The notes: generated by a model from the sequence alone, not told the origin. Counted from the stretch's first letter, positions 17,878 to 28,006 are shown. The stretch is DNA of 64,000 nucleotides from Candidatus Aenigmatarchaeota archaeon (GCA_016187415.1 JACPJT010000004.1:169392-233391); one strand, 5' to 3'. Program-made: numbers and translations.

Positions 17878-19275
17878 ATGAGGAACAAATTAAACATCGG
17901 GAAATTGATCTCGAGCATATCCAAAATAATATTTACTAAAAATCTTACGTTCTTTGCGATTTCTTTGCTAGGGTTCGTCCTTTTGTATTCATTTTTTTAC
18001 GGAATATTCACAATACCTGTCTTGGAAATAGGGTTCTTTAAAGATACGCCGCCGGGCGCATTCGATTATTTTTACATTGTAGCCGCATCGGTATTGTCCG
18101 CATTGATAGTCACGTTGACCAAGTACTCAGTAAAAACAAAATTAGTGTCTAAAGGCGCATCAATTCTGGGCGTATCAGCTGGAGCATTTGCCGCAGTATG
18201 TCCCGTGTGCCTTGGCGTGAACTTTCTTGTCTTGGGAAACTTCATAACCATACCGCTTGTCTTTCTTATACCATATTTGTTTTGGATACAACTTGCGGGG
18301 CTTGCCCTATTGACGTTTGGATTGTGGGTGACTGCCAAATCGTCTTATGAGAATATATGCATCGCGTGCATGACAAATGAAAAAGAAACAAAAGGTGACG
18401 CATCATTATTCGGCGACTTTACTCCGCTCCAGAAATACATTTTCTTCGGGCTAATGCTTGTTGCAATATTGTTGCTTGGTTATCAAATCATACCGCTGGT
18501 TATTGGAAATACTATAGGGGGTGCGGCTGTTGCGACAGGCCACAACACCAATATGAACGTTGATCTTGCTGATGTGACAAACCAGGTGCTTCCTGAAAAC
18601 GGTTTCACTGTAGATGTGAAATGGGGCGACTCTGTAAGCAAGATGGTAAAATCCGGGACCCTGGACGTTAACAAGTTTAATGATATCATGACCAAAAGAT
18701 ACGGCCAGCCTTTGACAGAGGAACAAAAAAAATTGCTGTCTTCAGATTTTTCAGATGAAAAACTGACAATCAATTCCAAGAATGCTGTCTTTATGATGTA
18801 CATTCTATGGGCGATGAGCAAGCAGAACGACAATCAGATTCTGCACGATAGCCCATTCGCACAATATTTCAAAGACTATGACATAGGAGTTGGAAAGACG
18901 GGTTACGGCGACACAAAATTGATCACGTTGACACAAGACCAGCAGGATATCGCAAAGTATGTGGCGATGAATTCCTACAGGCCCTGCTGCGGAAATCCCA
19001 CCGGCCAGCCGGATTGTTCTCATGGTTTCTCTGCATTGGGCTTGGTTGAACTGATGGCGTCACAAGGATATACAAAGGACCAGATATTCGACGCGGTTGT
19101 GAAATTCAATTCATTCTGGTTCCCAGCCACGTATGTGCAGGATGCGCTATACTTTAAGTTGAAGGAAAATAAAGATTGGAGTAATGTTGACAAGGAACTT
19201 GTCGCTGGAAAACAGTTTTCATCCTTATCGGGCTCGTACGCCGTTAAGAAAAGTTTGCAAGATTTAGGACTATAG
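17878..19275 (+). CDS. Multi-pass membrane protein with CPVC motif and C-terminal RPCC...DCSHG domain
   Basis: Several TM segments, AVCPVC and CIAC motifs, YRPCCGNPTGQPDCSHG; function unknown, probably metal or redox. Confidence 0.7.
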   Translation: MRNKLNIGKLISSISKIIFTKNLTFFAISLLGFVLLYSFFYGIFTIPVLEIGFFKDTPPGAFDYFYIVAASVLSALIVTLTKYSVKTKLVSKGASILGVSAGAFAAVCPVCLGVNFLVLGNFITIPLVFLIPYLFWIQLAGLALLTFGLWVTAKSSYENICIACMTNEKETKGDASLFGDFTPLQKYIFFGLMLVAILLLGYQIIPLVIGNTIGGAAVATGHNTNMNVDLADVTNQVLPENGFTVDVKWGDSVSKMVKSGTLDVNKFNDIMTKRYGQPLTEEQKKLLSSDFSDEKLTINSKNAVFMMYILWAMSKQNDNQILHDSPFAQYFKDYDIGVGKTGYGDTKLITLTQDQQDIAKYVAMNSYRPCCGNPTGQPDCSHGFSALGLVELMASQGYTKDQIFDAVVKFNSFWFPATYVQDALYFKLKENKDWSNVDKELVAGKQFSSLSGSYAVKKSLQDLGL

Positions 19276-19285
19276 GAGGTTGAAA

Positions 19286-19477
19286 ATGAACATAAATGTC
19301 GTATTGGTTGTGCTAATGGGAGTGTTGGTGCTGATGGCCGGAATACAAGCGTTCCAGCTGGTAACACTGTCACAAGCCATATCAGGCGGTGTCGTATCAT
19401 CGAAATCTGTCAGCGGATCATCGTCTGGTGTATTGTCCCAGCTTTCACAAGCTTCGCAAGTTGGCGGATGCGGATAA
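19286..19477 (+). CDS. Small single-TM protein ending in VGGCG
   Basis: GGAGG RBS, TM helix, Ser-rich linker, terminal Cys. Confidence 0.6.
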   Translation: MNINVVLVVLMGVLVLMAGIQAFQLVTLSQAISGGVVSSKSVSGSSSGVLSQLSQASQVGGCG

Positions 19478-19520
19478 ATTTTGAATTTTCTTTAATTTTA
19501 TTTTAATATGAGATGATTGG

Positions 19521-20321
19521 TTGAAAAAACAAAGAGTTGGCAATAAGCTGTATTGGAACATATTTTTGGGACTTGTTGTAGTTCTGATTATAATATACGG
19601 GATAAATATTTTTGCTACCGGCAGTCTTCTCAGTCCTTTGAAGGGGGCTACCGAGAAACAGAGACCGACAAACCTGTATCTGACTCTGATCACAAACAAT
19701 TGCACAAATTGCTTCGACATGAATAGTGTCGTATCGTTTATTAAAAAACAAAATGTGAAAGTATTGCAAGAAAGGAACTTGACATCTTCTGACAAGGAAG
19801 CGCAGGATATCATAATCAAACAGAACATAAGTTCATTGCCCACTCTAGTCATTACAGGTGAGACATTGCATGGAAATATGACATCTATATGGAGGGGACT
19901 TGGCGCACAACCAGTGAACGGCGTTGTAGTTATCGGCGGTTTTCCGCCTTACTACAGCTTAGACAAGCAAAAGGTAGTTGGGGTCGTACAAGTTATAATG
20001 TTGAACGACAGTTCATGCGCAGGGTGCTATAATGTTGAAACCCACCTGCAGATATTGTCGAGGTTTGGCGTCTTTATAAACAAATCGGTGACTTATGACA
20101 TATTATCCAACAATGGAAAAGATTTGTTGCAAAAGTACAACATAACAAAAATACCTACCATAATACTTTCGTCAGACGCTTCTGTATATTCTGCATTAAA
20201 TCAAGTCTGGACACAAGTTGGGACGACTGAAAAAGACGGATATTATGTTTTCAGAGATACTGGACAGATGGGCACTTACAAGGATTTAAGTCAGAGTAAA
20301 GTAATCAATGCTACGGGTTAG
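19521..20321 (+). CDS. Membrane-anchored protein with two CxxC thioredoxin-like repeats
   Basis: N-terminal TM; CTNC and CAGC, each followed later by a LPTL/IPTI cis-Pro-like motif. Confidence 0.7.
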   Translation: MKKQRVGNKLYWNIFLGLVVVLIIIYGINIFATGSLLSPLKGATEKQRPTNLYLTLITNNCTNCFDMNSVVSFIKKQNVKVLQERNLTSSDKEAQDIIIKQNISSLPTLVITGETLHGNMTSIWRGLGAQPVNGVVVIGGFPPYYSLDKQKVVGVVQVIMLNDSSCAGCYNVETHLQILSRFGVFINKSVTYDILSNNGKDLLQKYNITKIPTIILSSDASVYSALNQVWTQVGTTEKDGYYVFRDTGQMGTYKDLSQSKVINATG

Positions 20322-20835
20322 AATGAAAAGAAATGAAAACATAATAGTAATCTTTGCTGTTGTTTTTGGGTCTATTGGTCTATTGCTGGGCGTATACTCT
20401 TTGTTTTCTGTTTCAAGAATAACCGACAATGTTGTTTTACCCAATAAACCTATACATTGGCATCCTAATCTGAGAATAATAATAAAAGGTGAGGAAATTG
20501 GTATACCCGCCAATATAGGTATGGGTACAAGTTATTCGAGTAGCCCATTCTATGATTCGATGATGGGCATGACCAACATGCATACTCATGATGACAGCAG
20601 CACATTACACTGGGAAGTGATGATGCACGCACCAACACGTGAAGATATGTACCTCGGTAATTTCTTCCAAGTTTGGGGAAAGACTTTTAACAAGAACTGT
20701 ATTTTCGAATTTTGCAATGGCTCTGAAGGAAGTGTGAAAATGTTTATAAACAACAAGTTAAACAACAAGTTAAACAACAAGTTTGATAAATACATTGTTA
20801 GAGATGGTGATGAGATAGTTATAGAGTTCATTTGA
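20308..20835 (+). CDS. Membrane-anchored His-motif protein, paralogue of the 17185 C-terminal domain
   Basis: IHWHPNLRIII...MHTHDDSSTLHWE...LGNFFQVWG. Confidence 0.7.
   Translation: MLRVRMKRNENIIVIFAVVFGSIGLLLGVYSLFSVSRITDNVVLPNKPIHWHPNLRIIIKGEEIGIPANIGMGTSYSSSPFYDSMMGMTNMHTHDDSSTLHWEVMMHAPTREDMYLGNFFQVWGKTFNKNCIFEFCNGSEGSVKMFINNKLNNKLNNKFDKYIVRDGDEIVIEFI
20749..20784 (+). repeat. 12-nt tandem repeat x3 (AACAACAAGTTA/T)
   Basis: Encodes NNKL-NNKL-NNKF in frame. Confidence 0.9.
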
Positions 20836-21241
20836 ATGTCTTTGCGCATGCTGAGCAACAAAATGCAGTTTTTTTCCCTTTAATAATTTCGAAGTATGCT
20901 CCATGATATATTTCACAGCCACAGTGTTCACATTTTTCAAGTTTAGATCTGACAGCAGAGTCAATCATATAATTAAATTTAGTTAACATTTCTCTAACGT
21001 AAGATTTACCAGATTTAGTCAACAAATAAGTTTTCTTTTCGCGGGCACCAGATTTTTTAATAATTACAAACTTGTGCTTTCTCAGATACTTTAAAAAAGG
21101 GTATACCTCTCCTGCACTTATTTTCTTACCGTATCTTTTTCCTAGTTCCTTTATTAGTTCATAGCCATACTGCCCTTTCTCATGAAGGAGCAGAAGCGTG
21201 GAAAATTTTATTAAACTTGGGGTTTTTGGTTCTTTTCCCAT
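20828..21241 (-). CDS. PadR-family regulator with C-terminal TRASH-like metal-binding motif
   Basis: YGYELIKEL...GEVYPFLKYL...REKKTYLLTKSG; CEHC...FCCSAC. Confidence 0.85.
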   Translation of the reverse strand: MGKEPKTPSLIKFSTLLLLHEKGQYGYELIKELGKRYGKKISAGEVYPFLKYLRKHKFVIIKKSGAREKKTYLLTKSGKSYVREMLTKFNYMIDSAVRSKLEKCEHCGCEIYHGAYFEIIKGKKTAFCCSACAKTFK

Positions 21242-21264
21242 AGATTATATATGGAAAAGATTTA

Positions 21265-21287
21265 AATATATCAAAATTCGATATATT
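21265..21287. promoter_or_regulatory. Inverted repeat AATATATC-N7-GATATATT, candidate operator
   Basis: Overlaps the TATA box in the 47-nt divergent padR/21289 intergenic region. Confidence 0.5.
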
Positions 21288-21288
21288 A

Positions 21289-21564
21289 TTGATGGCTAAA
21301 TTAAATTTGACAATAACAGCATTAGCATTAGCGGTTACATCGGCGATAGCCTATGTTGCCTGTGTATTGTTAATAGCTGTCTTTGGACAACCAGTGGTTT
21401 CGCTGTTTGGAACTATTTTCCACGGGATTGACATAACAAAGATAGCTACAACGGGCACATCGCTGACGGATATAGCGACAGGGTTTGTTGTGATATTCGT
21501 CTTGGCATTGTTTGCCGGCGCTTTATTTGCTAAGGTCTACAATTGGTTTGCAAAAGGCAAGTAA
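21289..21564 (+). CDS. Small membrane protein (DUF5676-like)
   Basis: Two to three TM segments, IFHGID motif, metal-island context. Confidence 0.65.
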   Translation: MMAKLNLTITALALAVTSAIAYVACVLLIAVFGQPVVSLFGTIFHGIDITKIATTGTSLTDIATGFVVIFVLALFAGALFAKVYNWFAKGK

Positions 21565-21590
21565 AAATAAAACACAAACCGATTTGAGAC

Positions 21591-22694
21591 TTGATGTATA
21601 TCGGTGATTTGATTAGAAGGCAAATTACAAAGAACAAACAACCAACATTAACAGAAGCGGAAAGAAAATTTAGAACAACTCTTGTTATTTCTGCCTTTGT
21701 GCTTTTTATCATAGTCTTATTCGGGTTTATTTATGTCGCAACAACTCCTGCTACAACCGCCACTCTTTTGTTAAGTTTTGCGGGCGGTATTTCTAACATC
21801 GTGCTTCCATGCACTTTACCGTTAGTTTTTATCATCGTCCCGCTTGCGATGGTAGCTGGGAGAAAGGGCTTATTGATGACATTGTTCTTTGGTCTGGGAT
21901 TGGTAATAACACTGAGTGTATACGGAGGAGTTATTGCCGAGGTTGGAAAATATCTGGGACTTGACAGTGCAACAAGAATAATGTACTCTCTTGCAGGATT
22001 GGCTTCTCTCATTTTTGGATTGAGCGAACTTAAACTCATCCGATTTAGCCTTCCCAGCTATGCTGGTATGCCACAATTTATCCAAAACCAAGGAGATTAC
22101 ATAAAAGTTTTCCTTCTTGGATTGTTGCTGGGCAATGCTGGTGTCGGTTGCCCGAACCCTATAACTTATGTTATTCTGACATTGGCAGCGACGACGGGTG
22201 ATATAATCAAGGGGATTGTTTTGATGGCCATGAATGGTATTGGAAGAGTTGTCCCCCTACTGCTTTTGACCGCCCTAGGAATGCTTGGGATCAATTACAT
22301 CACATGGTTGACAAAGAGAATACAATCGATCACGAAATTCACGGCTTGGGCGCTCATTGCTCTTGGATCGTTCATACTGCTTAATGGATTGTTTGGTCAC
22401 CTGTGGTATGAGGGAGGGATATTCCATGAAGGATTAAATGCCGCATTTATGTCTGTCGGCGGTAAAATGCTCGGAGAGGCTGATATACCAATAGAAGAGA
22501 TAGAAGAAAAAGTCCCGTTCGTTGAATACGGCTCATGGGCTAATCTCGTCATAACAACTATTCCTGTTTTCTGGTATTGGCGAATGTTTCCAAGAGCACG
22601 CAAAGAAGTACTGATAGTTCTTTTGATTTTCCTTATTTGGAATTTGATGTTGTTTAATTTTGGTTTAGATGCAATGGGATGGCTCGGGCTTTGA
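21591..22694 (+). CDS. ccdA: CcdA/DsbD transmembrane electron transporter
   Basis: VLPCTLP and GVGCPNP conserved Cys motifs; many TM helices. Confidence 0.85.
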   Translation: MMYIGDLIRRQITKNKQPTLTEAERKFRTTLVISAFVLFIIVLFGFIYVATTPATTATLLLSFAGGISNIVLPCTLPLVFIIVPLAMVAGRKGLLMTLFFGLGLVITLSVYGGVIAEVGKYLGLDSATRIMYSLAGLASLIFGLSELKLIRFSLPSYAGMPQFIQNQGDYIKVFLLGLLLGNAGVGCPNPITYVILTLAATTGDIIKGIVLMAMNGIGRVVPLLLLTALGMLGINYITWLTKRIQSITKFTAWALIALGSFILLNGLFGHLWYEGGIFHEGLNAAFMSVGGKMLGEADIPIEEIEEKVPFVEYGSWANLVITTIPVFWYWRMFPRARKEVLIVLLIFLIWNLMLFNFGLDAMGWLGL

Positions 22695-22814
22695 AAAGGA
22701 GATTATATGAAAGAAGAACTTAGGATAACCAAATGGAAGTTGACTTTAGGTGTGGTATTTGTATTTTTGGCAGGGTTCCTGTTTGCACGGATGCTAAGTT
22801 AGGAGGTGAAAAAA

Positions 22815-23015
22815 ATGAAACAAAATTTAGGCAGGCTTGATAGAATTTTCCGTTTTGCTCTAGCAGTTTGGTGGCTTGGACCTTTTGCTCCAAACTTCGC
22901 AGCCGCATGGGCAAATTGGATAATAGTCGCTGTGGGTTGGATTTCACTTGCTGAGAGTCTTCTTGGTTACTGTTGGCTACACAAGTGGTTCGGTATCAAT
23001 AATAAAAACCAATAG
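22815..23015 (+). CDS. DUF2892/YgaP-like membrane protein
   Basis: QNLGRLDRIFR...LLGYCWL..FGIN. Confidence 0.8.
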   Translation: MKQNLGRLDRIFRFALAVWWLGPFAPNFAAAWANWIIVAVGWISLAESLLGYCWLHKWFGINNKNQ

Positions 23016-23035
23016 CTCATAGAGGAGGGAGAAAG

Positions 23036-23176
23036 ATGGTAACAGATCCAGTCTGTGGAATGAAAGTGGATGAAAAGAAAGCTGTTAAGAAAAGCTACAA
23101 AGGTAAGACGTATTATTTGTGCAGTCCGTCGTGCCAATGGGCGTTCGAGCAGAATCCAGAGCAATTTGCAAAGTGA
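23036..23176 (+). CDS. YHS-domain metal chaperone-like protein (46 aa, below the ORF cutoff)
   Basis: Hand translation MVTDPVCGMKVDEKKAVKKSYKGKTYYLCSPSCQWAFEQNPEQFAK; GGAGG RBS. Confidence 0.9.
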   Translation: MVTDPVCGMKVDEKKAVKKSYKGKTYYLCSPSCQWAFEQNPEQFAK

Positions 23177-23181
23177 ATAAT

Positions 23182-23409
23182 ATGGTGAAGGTACAAATAC
23201 TGACAACCCCGGGATGTGGTGGATGTGCAACTGTAGAAAGCATGTTAAATAAATTGAAGGTCAAGTACACAGTGATAGATGTGACGAAGAATCCAAAGAT
23301 GCTACAGAAATACCCTATACTGACAGCGCCCGGTGTGGTAATTAACGGGAAACTGGAGTTTATGGGAGTTCCGAAAGAAAGTGATTTAAGGAAAAAACTG
23401 GAGAAATAG
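23182..23409 (+). CDS. Glutaredoxin/thioredoxin-like protein
   Basis: TTPGCGGC, TAPGVVINGK. Confidence 0.85.
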   Translation: MVKVQILTTPGCGGCATVESMLNKLKVKYTVIDVTKNPKMLQKYPILTAPGVVINGKLEFMGVPKESDLRKKLEK

Positions 23410-23416
23410 GGATTTT

Positions 23417-24106
23417 GTGTACGAATATCTGGTTGGCTCGCTTGGATTGCTTGTCATTTGGTTGATCATTTTCTTAAAATCGCCGAAGCTACGGGGTGAA
23501 ATGCTGCTATCGGGTTCTATCATGCTACCTCTGGCATTAACAGAACCTCTTTTTGTACCAGAATATTGGAACCCTTCGACATTGTTTAACCTTGCAAGCA
23601 CTACGGGATTCGATTTGGAAAGTTTTATTTTTGTTTTTGCGGTCGGCGGATTTATTGCAGTACTTTATGAGACTATATTCAAAACTGAACATGAAAAGAT
23701 TTCTCACAAAGAAATGCATAGTAAAAGGCATAGATTTCATAGGTTAGTTTTAATAACGCCTTTTATAACTTTTGGATTGCTGTATTTCTTTACGAATTTC
23801 AATCCTATTTATTCTGGTGCAATCGCATCTGTTCTAGGTGCCATAGCAACATACTTCTGCAGACCAGACTTGGTTAGAGAAATGCTGGGTGGAGGCGCTT
23901 TGTTTTTAATTTTGTATTTTTCCTTCTTTTTGATGCTCCATTTAATATTCCCAGATTTCATAGACAGCACATGGAATTTTGGAGCTATATCAGGGATAAA
24001 AATATTTGGTGTACCGGCTGAAGAATTAATGTTCGCTTTAACATTTGGTATGTTCTGGTCAAGCTTTTACGAGCATGTGAAATGGTATAAATTAAAAGAA
24101 ATGTGA
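23417..24106 (+). CDS. Lycopene-cyclase-domain-like membrane protein
   Basis: PEYWNP, DLESFIF, GVPAEELMF motifs; duplicated TM module. Confidence 0.65.
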   Translation: MYEYLVGSLGLLVIWLIIFLKSPKLRGEMLLSGSIMLPLALTEPLFVPEYWNPSTLFNLASTTGFDLESFIFVFAVGGFIAVLYETIFKTEHEKISHKEMHSKRHRFHRLVLITPFITFGLLYFFTNFNPIYSGAIASVLGAIATYFCRPDLVREMLGGGALFLILYFSFFLMLHLIFPDFIDSTWNFGAISGIKIFGVPAEELMFALTFGMFWSSFYEHVKWYKLKEM

Positions 24107-24110
24107 TTCA

Positions 24111-24851
24111 GTGATCCCTTACAAAATATTTCCAACGTTTCACATTGGACCGATTCACATCAGTATGTACGGCGTAATGTTTGCTCTGGGTGTTTTGGTA
24201 GCTTATTATGTTGCCAAGTATCTTGCGAGGAAAAAAGGAATTGACGAAAAAATAATTTCAGATATTGCTATTTATATCATTCTGTCTGGAATAATTGGAG
24301 CTAGGTTGTTGTACGTTATTCTTAATCTGGATTATTTCCTACGAAATCCTTTTGATATTCTAAAAATTTGGGAAGGTGGGTTAGCATATTTTGGCGGATT
24401 GATAGCCGCAATTATAACTGGTTATATTTATGTGAAAAGGAAGGATCTGGACTTCTTTCTGTTCGCAGATCTGATTGCAATCCCGTTAGTTATAGGTCAC
24501 ATATTCGGCAGAATCGGAGATTACTTGACTGGTGGTCATCCGGGAACGGTTACTAACCTACCTTGGGCGATACTTTTGGAGGGTGCTTTAAGGCATCCTG
24601 TGGTGATTTATGAAATTTTAGGTCTGTTCGCCATTTTAGGTATTCTATTTCTGATTAAAAATCGTATTGGGAAAGGTGAATTATTCCTGAGTTATCTCAT
24701 GTTATATTCTGTTCAAAGATTTGCATTGGACTTTTTCAGAGAAGAAATGGCCTTATTCGGATTGAAATCAGCTCAGTATATAACACTCATTTTATTTATT
24801 GTTGCGATGATGACATTAATTATAAGAAGGGTCAAAAAGGTGAATGAATAA
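24111..24851 (+). CDS. lgt: Prolipoprotein diacylglyceryl transferase family protein
   Basis: GARLLYV, IWEGGLAYFGG, GRIGDYL, HPVVIYE. Confidence 0.85.
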   Translation: MIPYKIFPTFHIGPIHISMYGVMFALGVLVAYYVAKYLARKKGIDEKIISDIAIYIILSGIIGARLLYVILNLDYFLRNPFDILKIWEGGLAYFGGLIAAIITGYIYVKRKDLDFFLFADLIAIPLVIGHIFGRIGDYLTGGHPGTVTNLPWAILLEGALRHPVVIYEILGLFAILGILFLIKNRIGKGELFLSYLMLYSVQRFALDFFREEMALFGLKSAQYITLILFIVAMMTLIIRRVKKVNE

Positions 24852-26966
24852 ATGGCTAAAGATGTCATCTGCGGAATGTATGTTGATGAAAATAAAACTC
24901 CATTCAAAGCTGAACAAGAGGGGATGAAATACTATTTCTGTAGCAGCAATTGTTTGGACACTTTTCTTAAACCCCAAAAAGAAATCAGAAATCTGAAATA
25001 TATTACAATTTTCAGTCTGACTGTAGGTACACTGACTGCATTCTTTGAATACATTTACCCAGTTTCGTGGTTTGGTATACATAATTACATCTGGTTGTTT
25101 TTCCTAGCTACTTCTGTCCAGTTTATTGGCGGGTGGAGATTCTACAGAGGAACTTTAGATGCCGTCAGAGCTAGGCAAGCCAACATGGATAGTTTGATCG
25201 CAATAGGCACATCAGCGGCTTGGATTTACAGCACAATTTATACATTCCAAGGGATTCTGTGGTCGCAGATATTCCCTAAAGTTACAATGGGTGGTCCGGA
25301 AGTGTACTTCACAGAATCTGGTTTAATCATAGGGTTCATCCTGCTTGGAAAATACTTCGAGCACTTGGTCAAAGGAAGAGCGTCACAAGCAATTAGAAAA
25401 TTAATCGACTTGCAACCAAAGTTAGCAACGGTTATCAGAAATGGAAAAGAGCAACAAATTCCGGTTGAAGAAGTAAAAGTTGGTGATATTTTCATCGTAA
25501 AACCAGGTGAAAAAATAGCCGTTGATGGTGTTATTGTAGAAGGTTATTCAGCTGTTGACCAGTCGATGATTACAGGTGAATCAATGCCTGTTGGCAAGAA
25601 AGTTGGTGATGAAGTCATAGGTGCAACAATCAATAAAAGCGGGTTATTGAAAGTGAAGGCAATTAAAGTAGGTGCGGATACAACTCTGTCACAAATTGTA
25701 AAAATGGTGCAGGAAGCAATAGCAAGCAGGGCACCTATGCAAAGATTAGCTGATTTGGTATCCGCGTATTTCGTTCCAGCTGTAATAGCTATATCCATTT
25801 TATCGTTCTTGTTTTGGTATTTTGTGATTGGTTTACCATTTTCATTAGCTCTTACTATTTTAATTGCGGTTCTGATAATCGCATGTCCATGCGCTTTGGG
25901 AATAGCTACACCATCGGCTATAATGATTGGTGCAGGTAAAGGTGCGCAAAACGGTATTTTGATTAAGAGTGGTGAATATTTGGAGAAGGCGCATAAGTTG
26001 ACATCAATCATTTTTGACAAGACTGGAACACTAACTAAAGGAGAACCTTCTGTTACTGATGTCATTCCGATAGATTCTACAGAAAAAGATGTGATTGAAT
26101 TGGCGGCTGTAGCCGAAAAGGGTTCCGAGCATCCTCTGGGACAGGCTGTAATAAAAAGGGCTAAAGAAATGAAACTAGCATTGCGCGAAGGGAAGTCATA
26201 CGAAACTGTTGCCGGAAAGGGAATTAGAGCAACTTATCAGAATAGAACAATCTTGGTTGGCAATAGAATGTTCATGAAAGACAATAACATACCGACTGCA
26301 AAATTCGAAGAGCAGATACAAAAATTGGAAAATGAAGGAAAGACTGTTGTAATTGCTGCGTATAATAAAAAAATCATTGGGTTGGTTGCAATCGCTGATA
26401 CATTGAAGGACTTTTCAAAAGAAGCTGTTGGAGAATTGAAAAAAATGGGTAAAGAAGTCTGGATGATTACTGGCGATAACGAAAGAACGGCAAAAGCAAT
26501 TGCAACTCAAATAGGAATTGATTATGTGATGGCTCAAGTTTTACCTCAGGATAAAGCTGACAAGGTTAAAGAATTACAAAAATCTGGGGCAATTGTAGCT
26601 ACTGTAGGTGACGGTATCAATGACGCACCCATGTTAGCACAGGCAGATGTAGGTATAGCTGTCGGAGCTGGCACAGATGTTGCAAAAGAAACTGGTGGCA
26701 TAGTTTTGATTAAAAACGATCTACGCGATGTTGTAACAGCTATTGATTTGAGTAGAAAGACTGTGAACAAAATGAAACAGAACCTCTTCTGGGCATTCTT
26801 TTATAATATCTCATTGATTCCTGTGGCTGCTGGTTTGTTATATCCATTCTTTGGAATTTTACTCAACCCCATCTATGCTGCTATAGCTATGGCTACAAGC
26901 TCCATTAGCGTTGTTGGGAATGCGATGCTTTTGAACAGATATAAGCCACCGATAGAGATTAAATAA
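24852..26966 (+). CDS. copA: Cu(I)-translocating P1B-type ATPase with N-terminal YHS domain
   Basis: DVICGM...YFCSSNC, TGES, CPC, DKTGT, SEHP, GDGIND, YN and MATSS motifs. Confidence 0.95.
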   Translation: MAKDVICGMYVDENKTPFKAEQEGMKYYFCSSNCLDTFLKPQKEIRNLKYITIFSLTVGTLTAFFEYIYPVSWFGIHNYIWLFFLATSVQFIGGWRFYRGTLDAVRARQANMDSLIAIGTSAAWIYSTIYTFQGILWSQIFPKVTMGGPEVYFTESGLIIGFILLGKYFEHLVKGRASQAIRKLIDLQPKLATVIRNGKEQQIPVEEVKVGDIFIVKPGEKIAVDGVIVEGYSAVDQSMITGESMPVGKKVGDEVIGATINKSGLLKVKAIKVGADTTLSQIVKMVQEAIASRAPMQRLADLVSAYFVPAVIAISILSFLFWYFVIGLPFSLALTILIAVLIIACPCALGIATPSAIMIGAGKGAQNGILIKSGEYLEKAHKLTSIIFDKTGTLTKGEPSVTDVIPIDSTEKDVIELAAVAEKGSEHPLGQAVIKRAKEMKLALREGKSYETVAGKGIRATYQNRTILVGNRMFMKDNNIPTAKFEEQIQKLENEGKTVVIAAYNKKIIGLVAIADTLKDFSKEAVGELKKMGKEVWMITGDNERTAKAIATQIGIDYVMAQVLPQDKADKVKELQKSGAIVATVGDGINDAPMLAQADVGIAVGAGTDVAKETGGIVLIKNDLRDVVTAIDLSRKTVNKMKQNLFWAFFYNISLIPVAAGLLYPFFGILLNPIYAAIAMATSSISVVGNAMLLNRYKPPIEIK

Positions 26967-26998
26967 TGCTTAAATACTCTAACTTTGAATTGTCAGAT

Positions 26999-27484
26999 AT
27001 GAAACTAGTTTCAATTAACTATTCTGGCATTTTGGTGTCAGTTGTATCTATCACAACCTTTGTGATTTTGCTAACTGTATCGCTTGAGTATGCAAGTATA
27101 TCACATTCTCTGTGCGGGTCGCCTCTTTGCACAATAACAAACCATATACCCATGCAATCATACGCCGGTTTTGCACTGCTGATAGTTTCTGCCGTGGTAG
27201 GCGGCTATTTGGCGTTCCGTCCTCAAAAAATTGAAAAATCTGTTCAGGCGATTCCAAAATCTAAATTGAACAAGCTGATAGAAAACTTGCAGGATGACGA
27301 GAAGAAAGTATTTGATGGTATAGTGAAAAATGACGGATCCGTCTTCCAGAATGATTTGATTGGTTCAACTGGTTACTCGAAAGTCAAAGTAAGCAGGTTG
27401 CTTGACAGATTGGAAACTAAAGGTCTAGTAGAAAGAAGAAGACGTGGTATGGCTAATCTTATATTGTTGAAGTATGGTGAATAG
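26999..27484 (+). CDS. Membrane-anchored winged-helix (MarR-like) regulator
   Basis: Two TM helices then QNDLIGSTGYSKVKVSRLLDRLETKGLVERRRRGMANLI; ORF track start 26966, ATG at 26999 also plausible. Confidence 0.8.
   Translation: MKLVSINYSGILVSVVSITTFVILLTVSLEYASISHSLCGSPLCTITNHIPMQSYAGFALLIVSAVVGGYLAFRPQKIEKSVQAIPKSKLNKLIENLQDDEKKVFDGIVKNDGSVFQNDLIGSTGYSKVKVSRLLDRLETKGLVERRRRGMANLILLKYGE
27000..27013. promoter_or_regulatory. Perfect palindrome TGAAACTAGTTTCA, copy 1
   Basis: Identical copy at 27969-27982. Confidence 0.65.
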
Positions 27485-27967
27485 ATGGAAACAGAATATT
27501 GCAACTTCCTTGGTAAGACTAATGATGATGGTAGTATAACAATAAGACATCTCGGCATCGCCAAAAATGAAATTAATCAACCTATGGCCACAGGGTGGAA
27601 CGATATTATCACGGAAATTGTCATAGACGAGAACTACATGAAAGGATTTGATGGTATAGAAAATTATTCACATGTGATTGTGATTTACTGGTTTGATAAA
27701 GAGCATGAATGCCACATTAAACACCATCCACAAGGAAATAAAGACGTACCATTTGTTGGAATATTCTCATGCCGATGTCCTCAAAGGCCTAATCCGATTG
27801 GCATGTCGACTGTGGAGTTGGTAGAAAGGAAAGATAACGTGATAAAAGTAAAAGGATTGGATATACTGAATGGCACACCTATCTTGGATGTAAAGCCTTA
27901 TTCACCACAGTATGACGCAGTAAAAGAATGTAGAACTCCTGAATGGATTTATAAACTGAAATACTGA
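27485..27967 (+). CDS. trmO: TrmO/TsaA-like SAM-binding protein (tRNA methyltransferase family)
   Basis: GIFSCRCPQRPNPIGMS, GLDILNGTPILDVKPY. Confidence 0.85.
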   Translation: METEYCNFLGKTNDDGSITIRHLGIAKNEINQPMATGWNDIITEIVIDENYMKGFDGIENYSHVIVIYWFDKEHECHIKHHPQGNKDVPFVGIFSCRCPQRPNPIGMSTVELVERKDNVIKVKGLDILNGTPILDVKPYSPQYDAVKECRTPEWIYKLKY

Positions 27968-27968
27968 T

Positions 27969-27982
27969 TGAAACTAGTTTCA
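27969..27982. promoter_or_regulatory. Perfect palindrome TGAAACTAGTTTCA, copy 2
   Basis: Intergenic, just upstream of a TATA-like CTTATAAG and gene 28007. Confidence 0.65.
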
Positions 27983-28006
27983 TCCCAATACTTATAAGCT
28001 GTTTCT

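Noticed and set aside
22691-22804. Possible 37-aa TTG-start membrane peptide after ccdA
   Set aside because: Hydrophobic and well placed, but no motif and a weak start; not enough support.
26999-27983. Palindromes as terminal inverted repeats of a transposon
   Set aside because: No transposase between them and no target-site duplication seen; a palindrome is automatically both a direct and an inverted repeat, so an operator is simpler.
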